DNA of 64,000 nt, taken from assembly GCA_964057225.1 (NCBI GenBank), contig OZ059900.1, forward strand, positions 23,498,001 to 23,562,000, given 5' to 3'. The translations under genes were made by a program, and so were the position numbers. The first letter of the stretch is position 1; every line of letters starts with the position of its first letter. The notes under the pieces were generated by a model. It worked only from the letters and a program-made list of their open reading frames with translations. It ran no database searches and had not been told where the DNA came from. This stretch comes from Auanema rhodensis (lineage: Eukaryota > Animalia > Nematoda). Positions 1-13,680 of this stretch are shown here, piece by piece.

Positions 1-2736
1 AAATATTTCTCATGGGAAATACTGTGTTTTTGTATTTTTCTAGTGTTCAGCATGTAAAATGCTTCATTTTAGTATGTAACACGCTAAAATTCGTTGCATT
101 TGACGACTCATATGAACAAAAATCGATTTAATCAGTATTAGTCATAAGGGGCGTGCCCTCAGAATATGCTAATTTCCTTAATTTTCTAACCCCTGTTTTT
201 TTGTCGTGAAAGTGGAACTAGACGTTGTACGAACAATTTTGAGCTAGGTTTCATTGACATTGCATGAGTTTGAACACATGAAATCGTAAGTCAAAACCTT
301 GTTTACAGCGAAATTTCCAAAAACTGGTTTTCCAGCATAATAAAATATTTCTCATGGGAAATACTGTGTTTTTGTATTTTTCTAGTGTTCAGCATGTAAA
401 ATGCTTCATTTTAGTATGTAACACGCTGAAATTCGTTGCATTTGACGACTCATATGAACAAAAATCGATTTAATCAATATTAGCCATAAGGGGCGTGCCC
501 TCAGAATATGCTAATTTCCTTAATTTTCTAACCCCTGTTTTTTTGTCGTGAAAGTGGAACTAGACGTTGTACGAACAATTTTGAGCTAGGTTTCATTGAC
601 ATTGCATGAGTTTGAACACATGAAATCGTAAGTCAAAACCTTGTTTACAGCGAAATTTCCAAAAACTGGTTTTCAAGCATAATAAAATATTTCTTATGGG
701 AAATACTGTGTTTTTGTATTTTTCTAGTGTTCAGCATGTAAAATACTTCATTTTAGTATGTAACACGCTGAAATTCGTTGCATTTGACGACTCATATGAA
801 CAAAAATCGATTTAATCAATATTAGCCATAAGGGGCGTGCCCTCAGAATATGCTAATTTCCTAAATTTTCTAACCCCTGTTTTTTTGTCGTGAAAGTGGA
901 ACTAGACGTTGTACGAACAGTTTTGAGCTAGGTTTCATTGACATTGCATGAGTTTGAACACATGAAATCGTAAGTCAAAACCTTGTTTACAGCGAAATTT
1001 CCAAAAACTGGTTTTCCAGCATAATAAAATATTTCTTATGGGAAATACTGTGTTTTTGTATTTTTCTAGTGTTCAGCATGTAAAATGCTTCATTTTAGTA
1101 TGTAACACGCTGAAATTCGTTGCATTTGACGACTCATATGAACAAAAATCGATTTAATCAATATTAGCCATAAGGGGCGTGCCCTCAGAATATGCTAATT
1201 TCCTTAATTTTCTAACCCCTGTTTTTTTGTCGTGAAAGTGGAATTAGACGTTGTAGGAACAATTTTGAGCTAGGTTTCATTGACATTGCATGAGTTTGAA
1301 CACATGAAATCGTAAGTCAAAACCTTGTTTACAGCGAAATTTCCAAAAACTGGTTTTCCAGCATAATAAAATATTTCTTATGGGAAATACTGTGTTTTTG
1401 TATTTTTCTAGTGTTCAGCATGTAAAATACTTCATTTTAGTATGTAACACGCTGAAATTCGTTGCATTTGACGACTCATATGAACAAAAATCGATTTAAT
1501 CAATATTAGCCATAAGGGGCGTGCCCTCAGAATATGCTAATTTCCTAAATTTTCTAACCCCTGTTTTTTTGTCGTGAAAGTGGAACTAGACGTTGTACGA
1601 ACAGTTTTGAGCTAGGTTTCATTGACATTGCATGAGTTTGAACACATGAAATCGTAAGTCAAAACCTTGTTTACAGCGAAATTTCCAAAAACTGGTTTTC
1701 CAGCATAATAAAATATTTCTTATGGGAAATACTGTGTTTTTGTATTTTTCTAGTGTTCAGCATGTAAAATGCTTCATTTTAGTATGTAACACGCTGAAAT
1801 TCGTTGCATTTGACGACTCATATGAACAAAAATCGATTTAATCAATATTAGCCATAAGGGGCGTGCCCTCAGAATATGCTAATTTCCTTAATTTTCTAAC
1901 CCCTGTTTTTTTGTCGTGAAAGTGGAATTAGACGTTGTAGGAACAATTTTGAGCTAGGTTTCATTGACATTGCATGAGTTTGAACACATGAAATCGTAAG
2001 TCAAAACCTTGTTTACAGCGAAATTTCCAAAAACTGGTTTTCCAGCATAATAAAATATTTCTCATGGGAAATACTGTGTTTTTGTATTTTTCTAGTGTTC
2101 AGCATGTAAAATACTTCATTTTAGTATGTAACACGCTGAAATTCGTTGCATTTGACGACTCATATGAACAAAAATCGATTTAATCAATATTAGCCATAAG
2201 GGGCGTGCCCTCAGAATATGCTAATTTCCTTAATTTTCTAACCCTTGTTTTTTTGTCGTGAAACTGGAACTAGACGTTGTACAAACAATTTTGAGCTAGG
2301 TTTCATTGACATTGCATGAGTTTGAACACATGAAATCGTAAGTCAAAACCTTGTTTACAGCGAAATTTCCAAAAACTGGTTTTCCAGCATAATAAAATAT
2401 TTCTCATGGGAAATACTGTGTTTTTGTATTTTTCTAGTGTTCAGCATGTAAAATGCTTCATTTTAGTATGTAACACGCTGAAATTCGTTGCATTTGACGA
2501 CTCATATGAACAAAAATCGATTTAATCAGTATTAGTCATAAGGGGCGTGCCCTCAGAATATGCTAATTTCCTTAATTTTCTAACCCCTGTTTTTTTGTCG
2601 TGAAAGTGGAACTAGACGTTGTACGAACAATTTTGAGCTAGGTTTCATTGACATTGCATGAGTTTGAACACATGAAATCGTAAGTCAAAACCTTGTTTAC
2701 AGCGAAATTTCCAAAAACTGGTTTTCCAGCATAATA
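1..2736 (+). repeat. 8-mer higher-order repeat variant (A-B-C-D-C-D-E-F)
   Basis: Monomer types from diagnostic sites: A = 86A/135G/142T; B = 333A; C = 11T/61A/179A/236G; D = 11T/218T/230G; E = 61A/193T/212C/231A; F = 135G/142T with 86G. This unit has two C-D dimers rather than three. Confidence 0.9.
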
Positions 2737-5700
2737 AAATATTTCTCATGGGAAATACTGTGTTTTTGTATTTTTCTAGTGTTCAGCATGTAAAATGCTT
2801 CATTTTAGTATGTAACACGCTAAAATTCGTTGCATTTGACGACTCATATGAACAAAAATCGATTTAATCAGTATTAGTCATAAGGGGCGTGCCCTCAGAA
2901 TATGCTAATTTCCTTAATTTTCTAACCCCTGTTTTTTTGTCGTGAAAGTGGAACTAGACGTTGTACGAACAATTTTGAGCTAGGTTTCATTGACATTGCA
3001 TGAGTTTGAACACATGAAATCGTAAGTCAAAACCTTGTTTACAGCGAAATTTCCAAAAACTGGTTTTCCAGCATAATAAAATATTTCTCATGGGAAATAC
3101 TGTGTTTTTGTATTTTTCTAGTGTTCAGCATGTAAAATGCTTCATTTTAGTATGTAACACGCTGAAATTCGTTGCATTTGACGACTCATATGAACAAAAA
3201 TCGATTTAATCAATATTAGCCATAAGGGGCGTGCCCTCAGAATATGCTAATTTCCTTAATTTTCTAACCCCTGTTTTTTTGTCGTGAAAGTGGAACTAGA
3301 CGTTGTACGAACAATTTTGAGCTAGGTTTCATTGACATTGCATGAGTTTGAACACATGAAATCGTAAGTCAAAACCTTGTTTACAGCGAAATTTCCAAAA
3401 ACTGGTTTTCCAGCATAATAAAATATTTCTTATGGGAAATACTGTGTTTTTGTATTTTTCTAGTGTTCAGCATGTAAAATGCTTCATTTTAGTATGTAAC
3501 ACGCTGAAATTCGTTGCATTTGACGACTCATATGAACAAAAATCGATTTAATCAATATTAGCCATAAGGGGCGTGCCCTCAGAATATGCTAATTTCCTTA
3601 ATTTTCTAACCCCTGTTTTTTTGTCGTGAAAGTGGAATTAGACGTTGTAGGAACAATTTTGAGCTAGGTTTCATTGACATTGCATGAGTTTGAACACATG
3701 AAATCGTAAGTCAAAACCTTGTTTACAGCGAAATTTCCAAAAACTGGTTTTCCAGCATAATAAAATATTTCTTATGGGAAATACTGTGTTTTTGTATTTT
3801 TCTAGTGTTCAGCATGTAAAATACTTCATTTTAGTATGTAACACGCTGAAATTCGTTGCATTTGACGACTCATATGAACAAAAATCGATTTAATCAATAT
3901 TAGCCATAAGGGGCGTGCCCTCAGAATATGCTAATTTCCTAAATTTTCTAACCCCTGTTTTTTTGTCGTGAAAGTGGAACTAGACGTTGTACGAACAGTT
4001 TTGAGCTAGGTTTCATTGACATTGCATGAGTTTGAACACATGAAATCGTAAGTCAAAACCTTGTTTACAGCGAAATTTCCAAAAACTGGTTTTCCAGCAT
4101 AATAAAATATTTCTTATGGGAAATACTGTGTTTTTGTATTTTTCTAGTGTTCAGCATGTAAAATACTTCATTTTAGTATGTAACACGCTGAAATTCGTTG
4201 CATTTGACGACTCATATGAACAAAAATCGATTTAATCAATATTAGCCATAAGGGGCGTGCCCTCAGAATATGCTAATTTCCTAAATTTTCTAACCCCTGT
4301 TTTTTTGTCGTGAAAGTGGAACTAGACGTTGTACGAACAGTTTTGAGCTAGGTTTCATTGACATTGCATGAGTTTGAACACATGAAATCGTAAGTCAAAA
4401 CCTTGTTTACAGCGAAATTTCCAAAAACTGGTTTTCCAGCATAATAAAATATTTCTTATGGGAAATACTGTGTTTTTGTATTTTTCTAGTGTTCAGCATG
4501 TAAAATGCTTCATTTTAGTATGTAACACGCTGAAATTCGTTGCATTTGACGACTCATATGAACAAAAATCGATTTAATCAATATTAGCCATAAGGGGCGT
4601 GTCCTCAGAATATGCTAATTTCCTTAATTTTCTAACCCCTGTTTTTTTGTCGTGAAAGTGGAATTAGACGTTGTAGGAACAATTTTGAGCTAGGTTTCAT
4701 TGACATTGCATGAGTTTGAACACATGAAATCGTAAGTCAAAACCTTGTTTACAGCGAAATTTCCAAAAACTGGTTTTCCAGCATAATAAAATATTTCTTA
4801 TGGGAAATACTGTGTTTTTGTATTTTTCTAGTGTTCAGCATGTAAAATACTTCATTTTAGTATGTAACACGCTGAAATTCGTTGCATTTGACGACTCATA
4901 TGAACAAAAATCGATTTAATCAATATTAGCCATAAGGGGCGTGCCCTCAGAATATGCTAATTTCCTAAATTTTCTAACCCCTGTTTTTTTGTCGTGAAAG
5001 TGGAACTAGACGTTGTACGAACAGTTTTGAGCTAGGTTTCATTGACATTGCATGAGTTTGAACACATGAAATCGTAAGTCAAAACCTTGTTTACAGCGAA
5101 ATTTCCAAAAACTGGTTTTCCAGCATAATAAAATATTTCTTATGGGAAATACTGTGTTTTTGTATTTTTCTAGTGTTCAGCATGTAAAATGCTTCATTTT
5201 AGTATGTAACACGCTGAAATTCGTTGCATTTGACGACTCATATGAACAAAAATCGATTTAATCAATATTAGCCATAAGGGGCGTGCCCTCAGAATATGCT
5301 AATTTCCTTAATTTTCTAACCCCTGTTTTTTTGTCGTGAAAGTGGAATTAGACGTTGTAGGAACAATTTTGAGCTAGGTTTCATTGACATTGCATGAGTT
5401 TGAACACATGAAATCGTAAGTCAAAACCTTGTTTACAGCGAAATTTCCAAAAACTGGTTTTCCAGCATAATAAAATATTTCTTATGGGAAATACTGTGTT
5501 TTTGTATTTTTCTAGTGTTCAGCATGTAAAATACTTCATTTTAGTATGTAACACGCTGAAATTCGTTGCATTTGACGACTCATATGAACAAAAATCGATT
5601 TAATCAATATTAGCCATAAGGGGCGTGCCCTCAGAATATGCTAATTTCCTAAATTTTCTAACCCCTGTTTTTTTGTCGTGAAAGTGGAACTAGACGTTGT

Positions 5701-6840
5701 ACGAACAGTTTTGAGCTAGGTTTCATTGACATTGCATGAGTTTGAACACATGAAATCGTAAGTCAAAACCTTGTTTACAGCGAAATTTCCAAAAACTGGT
5801 TTTCCAGCATAATAAAATATTTCTTATGGGAAATACTGTGTTTTTGTATTTTTCTAGTGTTCAGCATGTAAAATGCTTCATTTTAGTATGTAACACGCTG
5901 AAATTCGTTGCATTTGACGACTCATATGAACAAAAATCGATTTAATCAATATTAGCCATAAGGGGCGTGCCCTCAGAATATGCTAATTTCCTTAATTTTC
6001 TAACCCCTGTTTTTTTGTCGTGAAAGTGGAATTAGACGTTGTAGGAACAATTTTGAGCTAGGTTTCATTGACATTGCATGAGTTTGAACACATGAAATCG
6101 TAAGTCAAAACCTTGTTTACAGCGAAATTTCCAAAAACTGGTTTTCCAGCATAATAAAATATTTCTCATGGGAAATACTGTGTTTTTGTATTTTTCTAGT
6201 GTTCAGCATGTAAAATACTTCATTTTAGTATGTAACACGCTGAAATTCGTTGCATTTGACGACTCATATGAACAAAAATCGATTTAATCAATATTAGCCA
6301 TAAGGGGCGTGCCCTCAGAATATGCTAATTTCCTTAATTTTCTAACCCTTGTTTTTTTGTCGTGAAACTGGAACTAGACGTTGTACAAACAATTTTGAGC
6401 TAGGTTTCATTGACATTGCATGAGTTTGAACACATGAAATCGTAAGTCAAAACCTTGTTTACAGCGAAATTTCCAAAAACTGGTTTTCCAGCATAATAAA
6501 ATATTTCTCATGGGAAATACTGTGTTTTTGTATTTTTCTAGTGTTCAGCATGTAAAATGCTTCATTTTAGTATGTAACACGCTGAAATTCGTTGCATTTG
6601 ACGACTCATATGAACAAAAATCGATTTAATCAGTATTAGTCATAAGGGGCGTGCCCTCAGAATATGCTAATTTCCTTAATTTTCTAACCCCTGTTTTTTT
6701 GTCGTGAAAGTGGAACTAGACGTTGTACGAACAATTTTGAGCTAGGTTTCATTGACATTGCATGAGTTTGAACACATGAAATCGTAAGTCAAAACCTTGT
6801 TTACAGCGAAATTTCCAAAAACTGGTTTTCCAGCATAATA
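2737..6840 (+). repeat. 12-mer higher-order repeat variant (A-B'-D-C-C-D-C-D-C-D-E-F)
   Basis: B' lacks 333A. The order is D (3421), C (3763), C (4105), D (4447, private C>T at 4602), then C-D-C-D-E-F. Confidence 0.85.
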
Positions 6841-9800
6841 AAATATTTCTCATGGGAAATACTGTGTTTTTGTATTTTTCTAGTGTTCAGCATGTAAAAT
6901 GCTTCATTTTAGTATGTAACACGCTAAAATTCGTTGCATTTGACGACTCATATGAACAAAAATCGATTTAATCAGTATTAGTCATAAGGGGCGTGCCCTC
7001 AGAATATGCTAATTTCCTTAATTTTCTAACCCCTGTTTTTTTGTCGTGAAAGTGGAACTAGACGTTGTACGAACAATTTTGAGCTAGGTTTCATTGACAT
7101 TGCATGAGTTTGAACACATGAAATCGTAAGTCAAAACCTTGTTTACAGCGAAATTTCCAAAAACTGGTTTTCCAGCATAATAAAATATTTCTCATGGGAA
7201 ATACTGTGTTTTTGTATTTTTCTAGTGTTCAGCATGTAAAATGCTTCATTTTAGTATGTAACACGCTGAAATTCGTTGCATTTGACGACTCATATGAACA
7301 AAAATCGATTTAATCAATATTAGCCATAAGGGGCGTGCCCTCAGAATATGCTAATTTCCTTAATTTTCTAACCCCTGTTTTTTTGTCGTGAAAGTGGAAC
7401 TAGACGTTGTACGAACAATTTTGAGCTAGGTTTCATTGACATTGCATGAGTTTGAACACATGAAATCGTAAGTCAAAACCTTGTTTACAGCGAAATTTCC
7501 AAAAACTGGTTTTCAAGCATAATAAAATATTTCTTATGGGAAATACTGTGTTTTTGTATTTTTCTAGTGTTCAGCATGTAAAATACTTCATTTTAGTATG
7601 TAACACGCTGAAATTCGTTGCATTTGACGACTCATATGAACAAAAATCGATTTAATCAATATTAGCCATAAGGGGCGTGCCCTCAGAATATGCTAATTTC
7701 CTAAATTTTCTAACCCCTGTTTTTTTGTCGTGAAAGTGGAACTAGACGTTGTACGAACAGTTTTGAGCTAGGTTTCATTGACATTGCATGAGTTTGAACA
7801 CATGAAATCGTAAGTCAAAACCTTGTTTACAGCGAAATTTCCAAAAACTGGTTTTCCAGCATAATAAAATATTTCTTATGGGAAATACTGTGTTTTTGTA
7901 TTTTTCTAGTGTTCAGCATGTAAAATGCTTCATTTTAGTATGTAACACGCTGAAATTCGTTGCATTTGACGACTCATATGAACAAAAATCGATTTAATCA
8001 ATATTAGCCATAAGGGGCGTGCCCTCAGAATATGCTAATTTCCTTAATTTTCTAACCCCTGTTTTTTTGTCGTGAAAGTGGAATTAGACGTTGTAGGAAC
8101 AATTTTGAGCTAGGTTTCATTGACATTGCATGAGTTTGAACACATGAAATCGTAAGTCAAAACCTTGTTTACAGCGAAATTTCCAAAAACTGGTTTTCCA
8201 GCATAATAAAATATTTCTTATGGGAAATACTGTGTTTTTGTATTTTTCTAGTGTTCAGCATGTAAAATACTTCATTTTAGTATGTAACACGCTGAAATTC
8301 GTTGCATTTGACGACTCATATGAACAAAAATCGATTTAATCAATATTAGCCATAAGGGGCGTGCCCTCAGAATATGCTAATTTCCTAAATTTTCTAACCC
8401 CTGTTTTTTTGTCGTGAAAGTGGAACTAGACGTTGTACGAACAGTTTTGAGCTAGGTTTCATTGACATTGCATGAGTTTGAACACATGAAATCGTAAGTC
8501 AAAACCTTGTTTACAGCGAAATTTCCAAAAACTGGTTTTCCAGCATAATAAAATATTTCTTATGGGAAATACTGTGTTTTTGTATTTTTCTAGTGTTCAG
8601 CATGTAAAATGCTTCATTTTAGTATGTAACACGCTGAAATTCGTTGCATTTGACGACTCATATGAACAAAAATCGATTTAATCAATATTAGCCATAAGGG
8701 GCGTGCCCTCAGAATATGCTAATTTCCTTAATTTTCTAACCCCTGTTTTTTTGTCGTGAAAGTGGAATTAGACGTTGTAGGAACAATTTTGAGCTAGGTT
8801 TCATTGACATTGCATGAGTTTGAACACATGAAATCGTAAGTCAAAACCTTGTTTACAGCGAAATTTCCAAAAACTGGTTTTCCAGCATAATAAAATATTT
8901 CTTATGGGAAATACTGTGTTTTTGTATTTTTCTAGTGTTCAGCATGTAAAATACTTCATTTTAGTATGTAACACGCTGAAATTCGTTGCATTTGACGACT
9001 CATATGAACAAAAATCGATTTAATCAATATTAGCCATAAGGGGCGTGCCCTCAGAATATGCTAATTTCCTAAATTTTCTAACCCCTGTTTTTTTGTCGTG
9101 AAAGTGGAACTAGACGTTGTACGAACAGTTTTGAGCTAGGTTTCATTGACATTGCATGAGTTTGAACACATGAAATCGTAAGTCAAAACCTTGTTTACAG
9201 CGAAATTTCCAAAAACTGGTTTTCCAGCATAATAAAATATTTCTTATGGGAAATACTGTGTTTTTGTATTTTTCTAGTGTTCAGCATGTAAAATGCTTCA
9301 TTTTAGTATGTAACACGCTGAAATTCGTTGCATTTGACGACTCATATGAACAAAAATCGATTTAATCAATATTAGCCATAAGGGGCGTGCCCTCAGAATA
9401 TGCTAATTTCCTTAATTTTCTAACCCCTGTTTTTTTGTCGTGAAAGTGGAATTAGACGTTGTAGGAACAATTTTGAGCTAGGTTTCATTGACATTGCATG
9501 AGTTTGAACACATGAAATCGTAAGTCAAAACCTTGTTTACAGCGAAATTTCCAAAAACTGGTTTTCCAGCATAATAAAATATTTCTCATGGGAAATACTG
9601 TGTTTTTGTATTTTTCTAGTGTTCAGCATGTAAAATACTTCATTTTAGTATGTAACACGCTGAAATTCGTTGCATTTGACGACTCATATGAACAAAAATC
9701 GATTTAATCAATATTAGCCATAAGGGGCGTGCCCTCAGAATATGCTAATTTCCTTAATTTTCTAACCCTTGTTTTTTTGTCGTGAAACTGGAACTAGACG

Positions 9801-12800
9801 TTGTACAAACAATTTTGAGCTAGGTTTCATTGACATTGCATGAGTTTGAACACATGAAATCGTAAGTCAAAACCTTGTTTACAGCGAAATTTCCAAAAAC
9901 TGGTTTTCCAGCATAATAAAATATTTCTCATGGGAAATACTGTGTTTTTGTATTTTTCTAGTGTTCAGCATGTAAAATGCTTCATTTTAGTATGTAACAC
10001 GCTGAAATTCGTTGCATTTGACGACTCATATGAACAAAAATCGATTTAATCAGTATTAGTCATAAGGGGCGTGCCCTCAGAATATGCTAATTTCCTTAAT
10101 TTTCTAACCCCTGTTTTTTTGTCGTGAAAGTGGAACTAGACGTTGTACGAACAATTTTGAGCTAGGTTTCATTGACATTGCATGAGTTTGAACACATGAA
10201 ATCGTAAGTCAAAACCTTGTTTACAGCGAAATTTCCAAAAACTGGTTTTCCAGCATAATAAAATATTTCTCATGGGAAATACTGTGTTTTTGTATTTTTC
10301 TAGTGTTCAGCATGTAAAATGCTTCATTTTAGTATGTAACACGCTAAAATTCGTTGCATTTGACGACTCATATGAACAAAAATCGATTTAATCAGTATTA
10401 GTCATAAGGGGCGTGCCCTCAGAATATGCTAATTTCCTTAATTTTCTAACCCCTGTTTTTTTGTCGTGAAAGTGGAACTAGACGTTGTACGAACAATTTT
10501 GAGCTAGGTTTCATTGACATTGCATGAGTTTGAACACATGAAATCGTAAGTCAAAACCTTGTTTACAGCGAAATTTCCAAAAACTGGTTTTCCAGCATAA
10601 TAAAATATTTCTCATGGGAAATACTGTGTTTTTGTATTTTTCTAGTGTTCAGCATGTAAAATGCTTCATTTTAGTATGTAACACGCTGAAATTCGTTGCA
10701 TTTGACGACTCATATGAACAAAAATCGATTTAATCAATATTAGCCATAAGGGGCGTGCCCTCAGAATATGCTAATTTCCTTAATTTTCTAACCCCTGTTT
10801 TTTTGTCGTGAAAGTGGAACTAGACGTTGTACGAACAATTTTGAGCTAGGTTTCATTGACATTGCATGAGTTTGAACACATGAAATCGTAAGTCAAAACC
10901 TTGTTTACAGCGAAATTTCCAAAAACTGGTTTTCAAGCATAATAAAATATTTCTTATGGGAAATACTGTGTTTTTGTATTTTTCTAGTGTTCAGCATGTA
11001 AAATACTTCATTTTAGTATGTAACACGCTGAAATTCGTTGCATTTGACGACTCATATGAACAAAAATCGATTTAATCAATATTAGCCATAAGGGGCGTGC
11101 CCTCAGAATATGCTAATTTCCTAAATTTTCTAACCCCTGTTTTTTTGTCGTGAAAGTGGAACTAGACGTTGTACGAACAGTTTTGAGCTAGGTTTCATTG
11201 ACATTGCATGAGTTTGAACACATGAAATCGTAAGTCAAAACCTTGTTTACAGCGAAATTTCCAAAAACTGGTTTTCCAGCATAATAAAATATTTCTTATG
11301 GGAAATACTGTGTTTTTGTATTTTTCTAGTGTTCAGCATGTAAAATGCTTCATTTTAGTATGTAACACGCTGAAATTCGTTGCATTTGACGACTCATATG
11401 AACAAAAATCGATTTAATCAATATTAGCCATAAGGGGCGTGCCCTCAGAATATGCTAATTTCCTTAATTTTCTAACCCCTGTTTTTTTGTCGTGAAAGTG
11501 GAATTAGACGTTGTAGGAACAATTTTGAGCTAGGTTTCATTGACATTGCATGAGTTTGAACACATGAAATCGTAAGTCAAAACCTTGTTTACAGCGAAAT
11601 TTCCAAAAACTGGTTTTCCAGCATAATAAAATATTTCTTATGGGAAATACTGTGTTTTTGTATTTTTCTAGTGTTCAGCATGTAAAATACTTCATTTTAG
11701 TATGTAACACGCTGAAATTCGTTGCATTTGACGACTCATATGAACAAAAATCGATTTAATCAATATTAGCCATAAGGGGCGTGCCCTCAGAATATGCTAA
11801 TTTCCTAAATTTTCTAACCCCTGTTTTTTTGTCGTGAAAGTGGAACTAGACGTTGTACGAACAGTTTTGAGCTAGGTTTCATTGACATTGCATGAGTTTG
11901 AACACATGAAATCGTAAGTCAAAACCTTGTTTACAGCGAAATTTCCAAAAACTGGTTTTCCAGCATAATAAAATATTTCTTATGGGAAATACTGTGTTTT
12001 TGTATTTTTCTAGTGTTCAGCATGTAAAATGCTTCATTTTAGTATGTAACACGCTGAAATTCGTTGCATTTGACGACTCATATGAACAAAAATCGATTTA
12101 ATCAATATTAGCCATAAGGGGCGTGCCCTCAGAATATGCTAATTTCCTTAATTTTCTAACCCCTGTTTTTTTGTCGTGAAAGTGGAATTAGACGTTGTAG
12201 GAACAATTTTGAGCTAGGTTTCATTGACATTGCATGAGTTTGAACACATGAAATCGTAAGTCAAAACCTTGTTTACAGCGAAATTTCCAAAAACTGGTTT
12301 TCCAGCATAATAAAATATTTCTTATGGGAAATACTGTGTTTTTGTATTTTTCTAGTGTTCAGCATGTAAAATACTTCATTTTAGTATGTAACACGCTGAA
12401 ATTCGTTGCATTTGACGACTCATATGAACAAAAATCGATTTAATCAATATTAGCCATAAGGGGCGTGCCCTCAGAATATGCTAATTTCCTAAATTTTCTA
12501 ACCCCTGTTTTTTTGTCGTGAAAGTGGAACTAGACGTTGTACGAACAGTTTTGAGCTAGGTTTCATTGACATTGCATGAGTTTGAACACATGAAATCGTA
12601 AGTCAAAACCTTGTTTACAGCGAAATTTCCAAAAACTGGTTTTCCAGCATAATAAAATATTTCTTATGGGAAATACTGTGTTTTTGTATTTTTCTAGTGT
12701 TCAGCATGTAAAATGCTTCATTTTAGTATGTAACACGCTGAAATTCGTTGCATTTGACGACTCATATGAACAAAAATCGATTTAATCAATATTAGCCATA

Positions 12801-13680
12801 AGGGGCGTGCCCTCAGAATATGCTAATTTCCTTAATTTTCTAACCCCTGTTTTTTTGTCGTGAAAGTGGAATTAGACGTTGTAGGAACAATTTTGAGCTA
12901 GGTTTCATTGACATTGCATGAGTTTGAACACATGAAATCGTAAGTCAAAACCTTGTTTACAGCGAAATTTCCAAAAACTGGTTTTCCAGCATAATAAAAT
13001 ATTTCTCATGGGAAATACTGTGTTTTTGTATTTTTCTAGTGTTCAGCATGTAAAATACTTCATTTTAGTATGTAACACGCTGAAATTCGTTGCATTTGAC
13101 GACTCATATGAACAAAAATCGATTTAATCAATATTAGCCATAAGGGGCGTGCCCTCAGAATATGCTAATTTCCTTAATTTTCTAACCCTTGTTTTTTTGT
13201 CGTGAAACTGGAACTAGACGTTGTACAAACAATTTTGAGCTAGGTTTCATTGACATTGCATGAGTTTGAACACATGAAATCGTAAGTCAAAACCTTGTTT
13301 ACAGCGAAATTTCCAAAAACTGGTTTTCCAGCATAATAAAATATTTCTCATGGGAAATACTGTGTTTTTGTATTTTTCTAGTGTTCAGCATGTAAAATGC
13401 TTCATTTTAGTATGTAACACGCTGAAATTCGTTGCATTTGACGACTCATATGAACAAAAATCGATTTAATCAGTATTAGTCATAAGGGGCGTGCCCTCAG
13501 AATATGCTAATTTCCTTAATTTTCTAACCCCTGTTTTTTTGTCGTGAAAGTGGAACTAGACGTTGTACGAACAATTTTGAGCTAGGTTTCATTGACATTG
13601 CATGAGTTTGAACACATGAAATCGTAAGTCAAAACCTTGTTTACAGCGAAATTTCCAAAAACTGGTTTTCCAGCATAATA
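6841..13680 (+). repeat. Two copies of the canonical 10-mer HOR (3,420 bp; A-B-C-D-C-D-C-D-E-F)
   Basis: Units start at 6841 and 10261 with the same diagnostic pattern, e.g. TTTCAAG at 7515 and 10935, and E monomers at 9577 and 12997. Confidence 0.93.

Noticed and set aside
185-193. Telomere-like CTAACCCC motif
   Set aside because: It occurs once per monomer and is never tandem, so it is consistent with chance.
1-342. Primate alpha-satellite dimer (2 x 171 bp) or CENP-B box
   Set aside because: The length matches, but I recognise no alpha-satellite sequence. TTCGTTGCATTTGACGA (90-106) shares only the TTCG start and lacks the CGGG end of the CENP-B box.
1-342. Tandem 5S rRNA, tRNA or snRNA gene unit
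   Set aside because: No recognisable 5S, tRNA cloverleaf or snRNA sequence, and no convincing Pol III A/B/C boxes. An Rfam scan would be the formal test.
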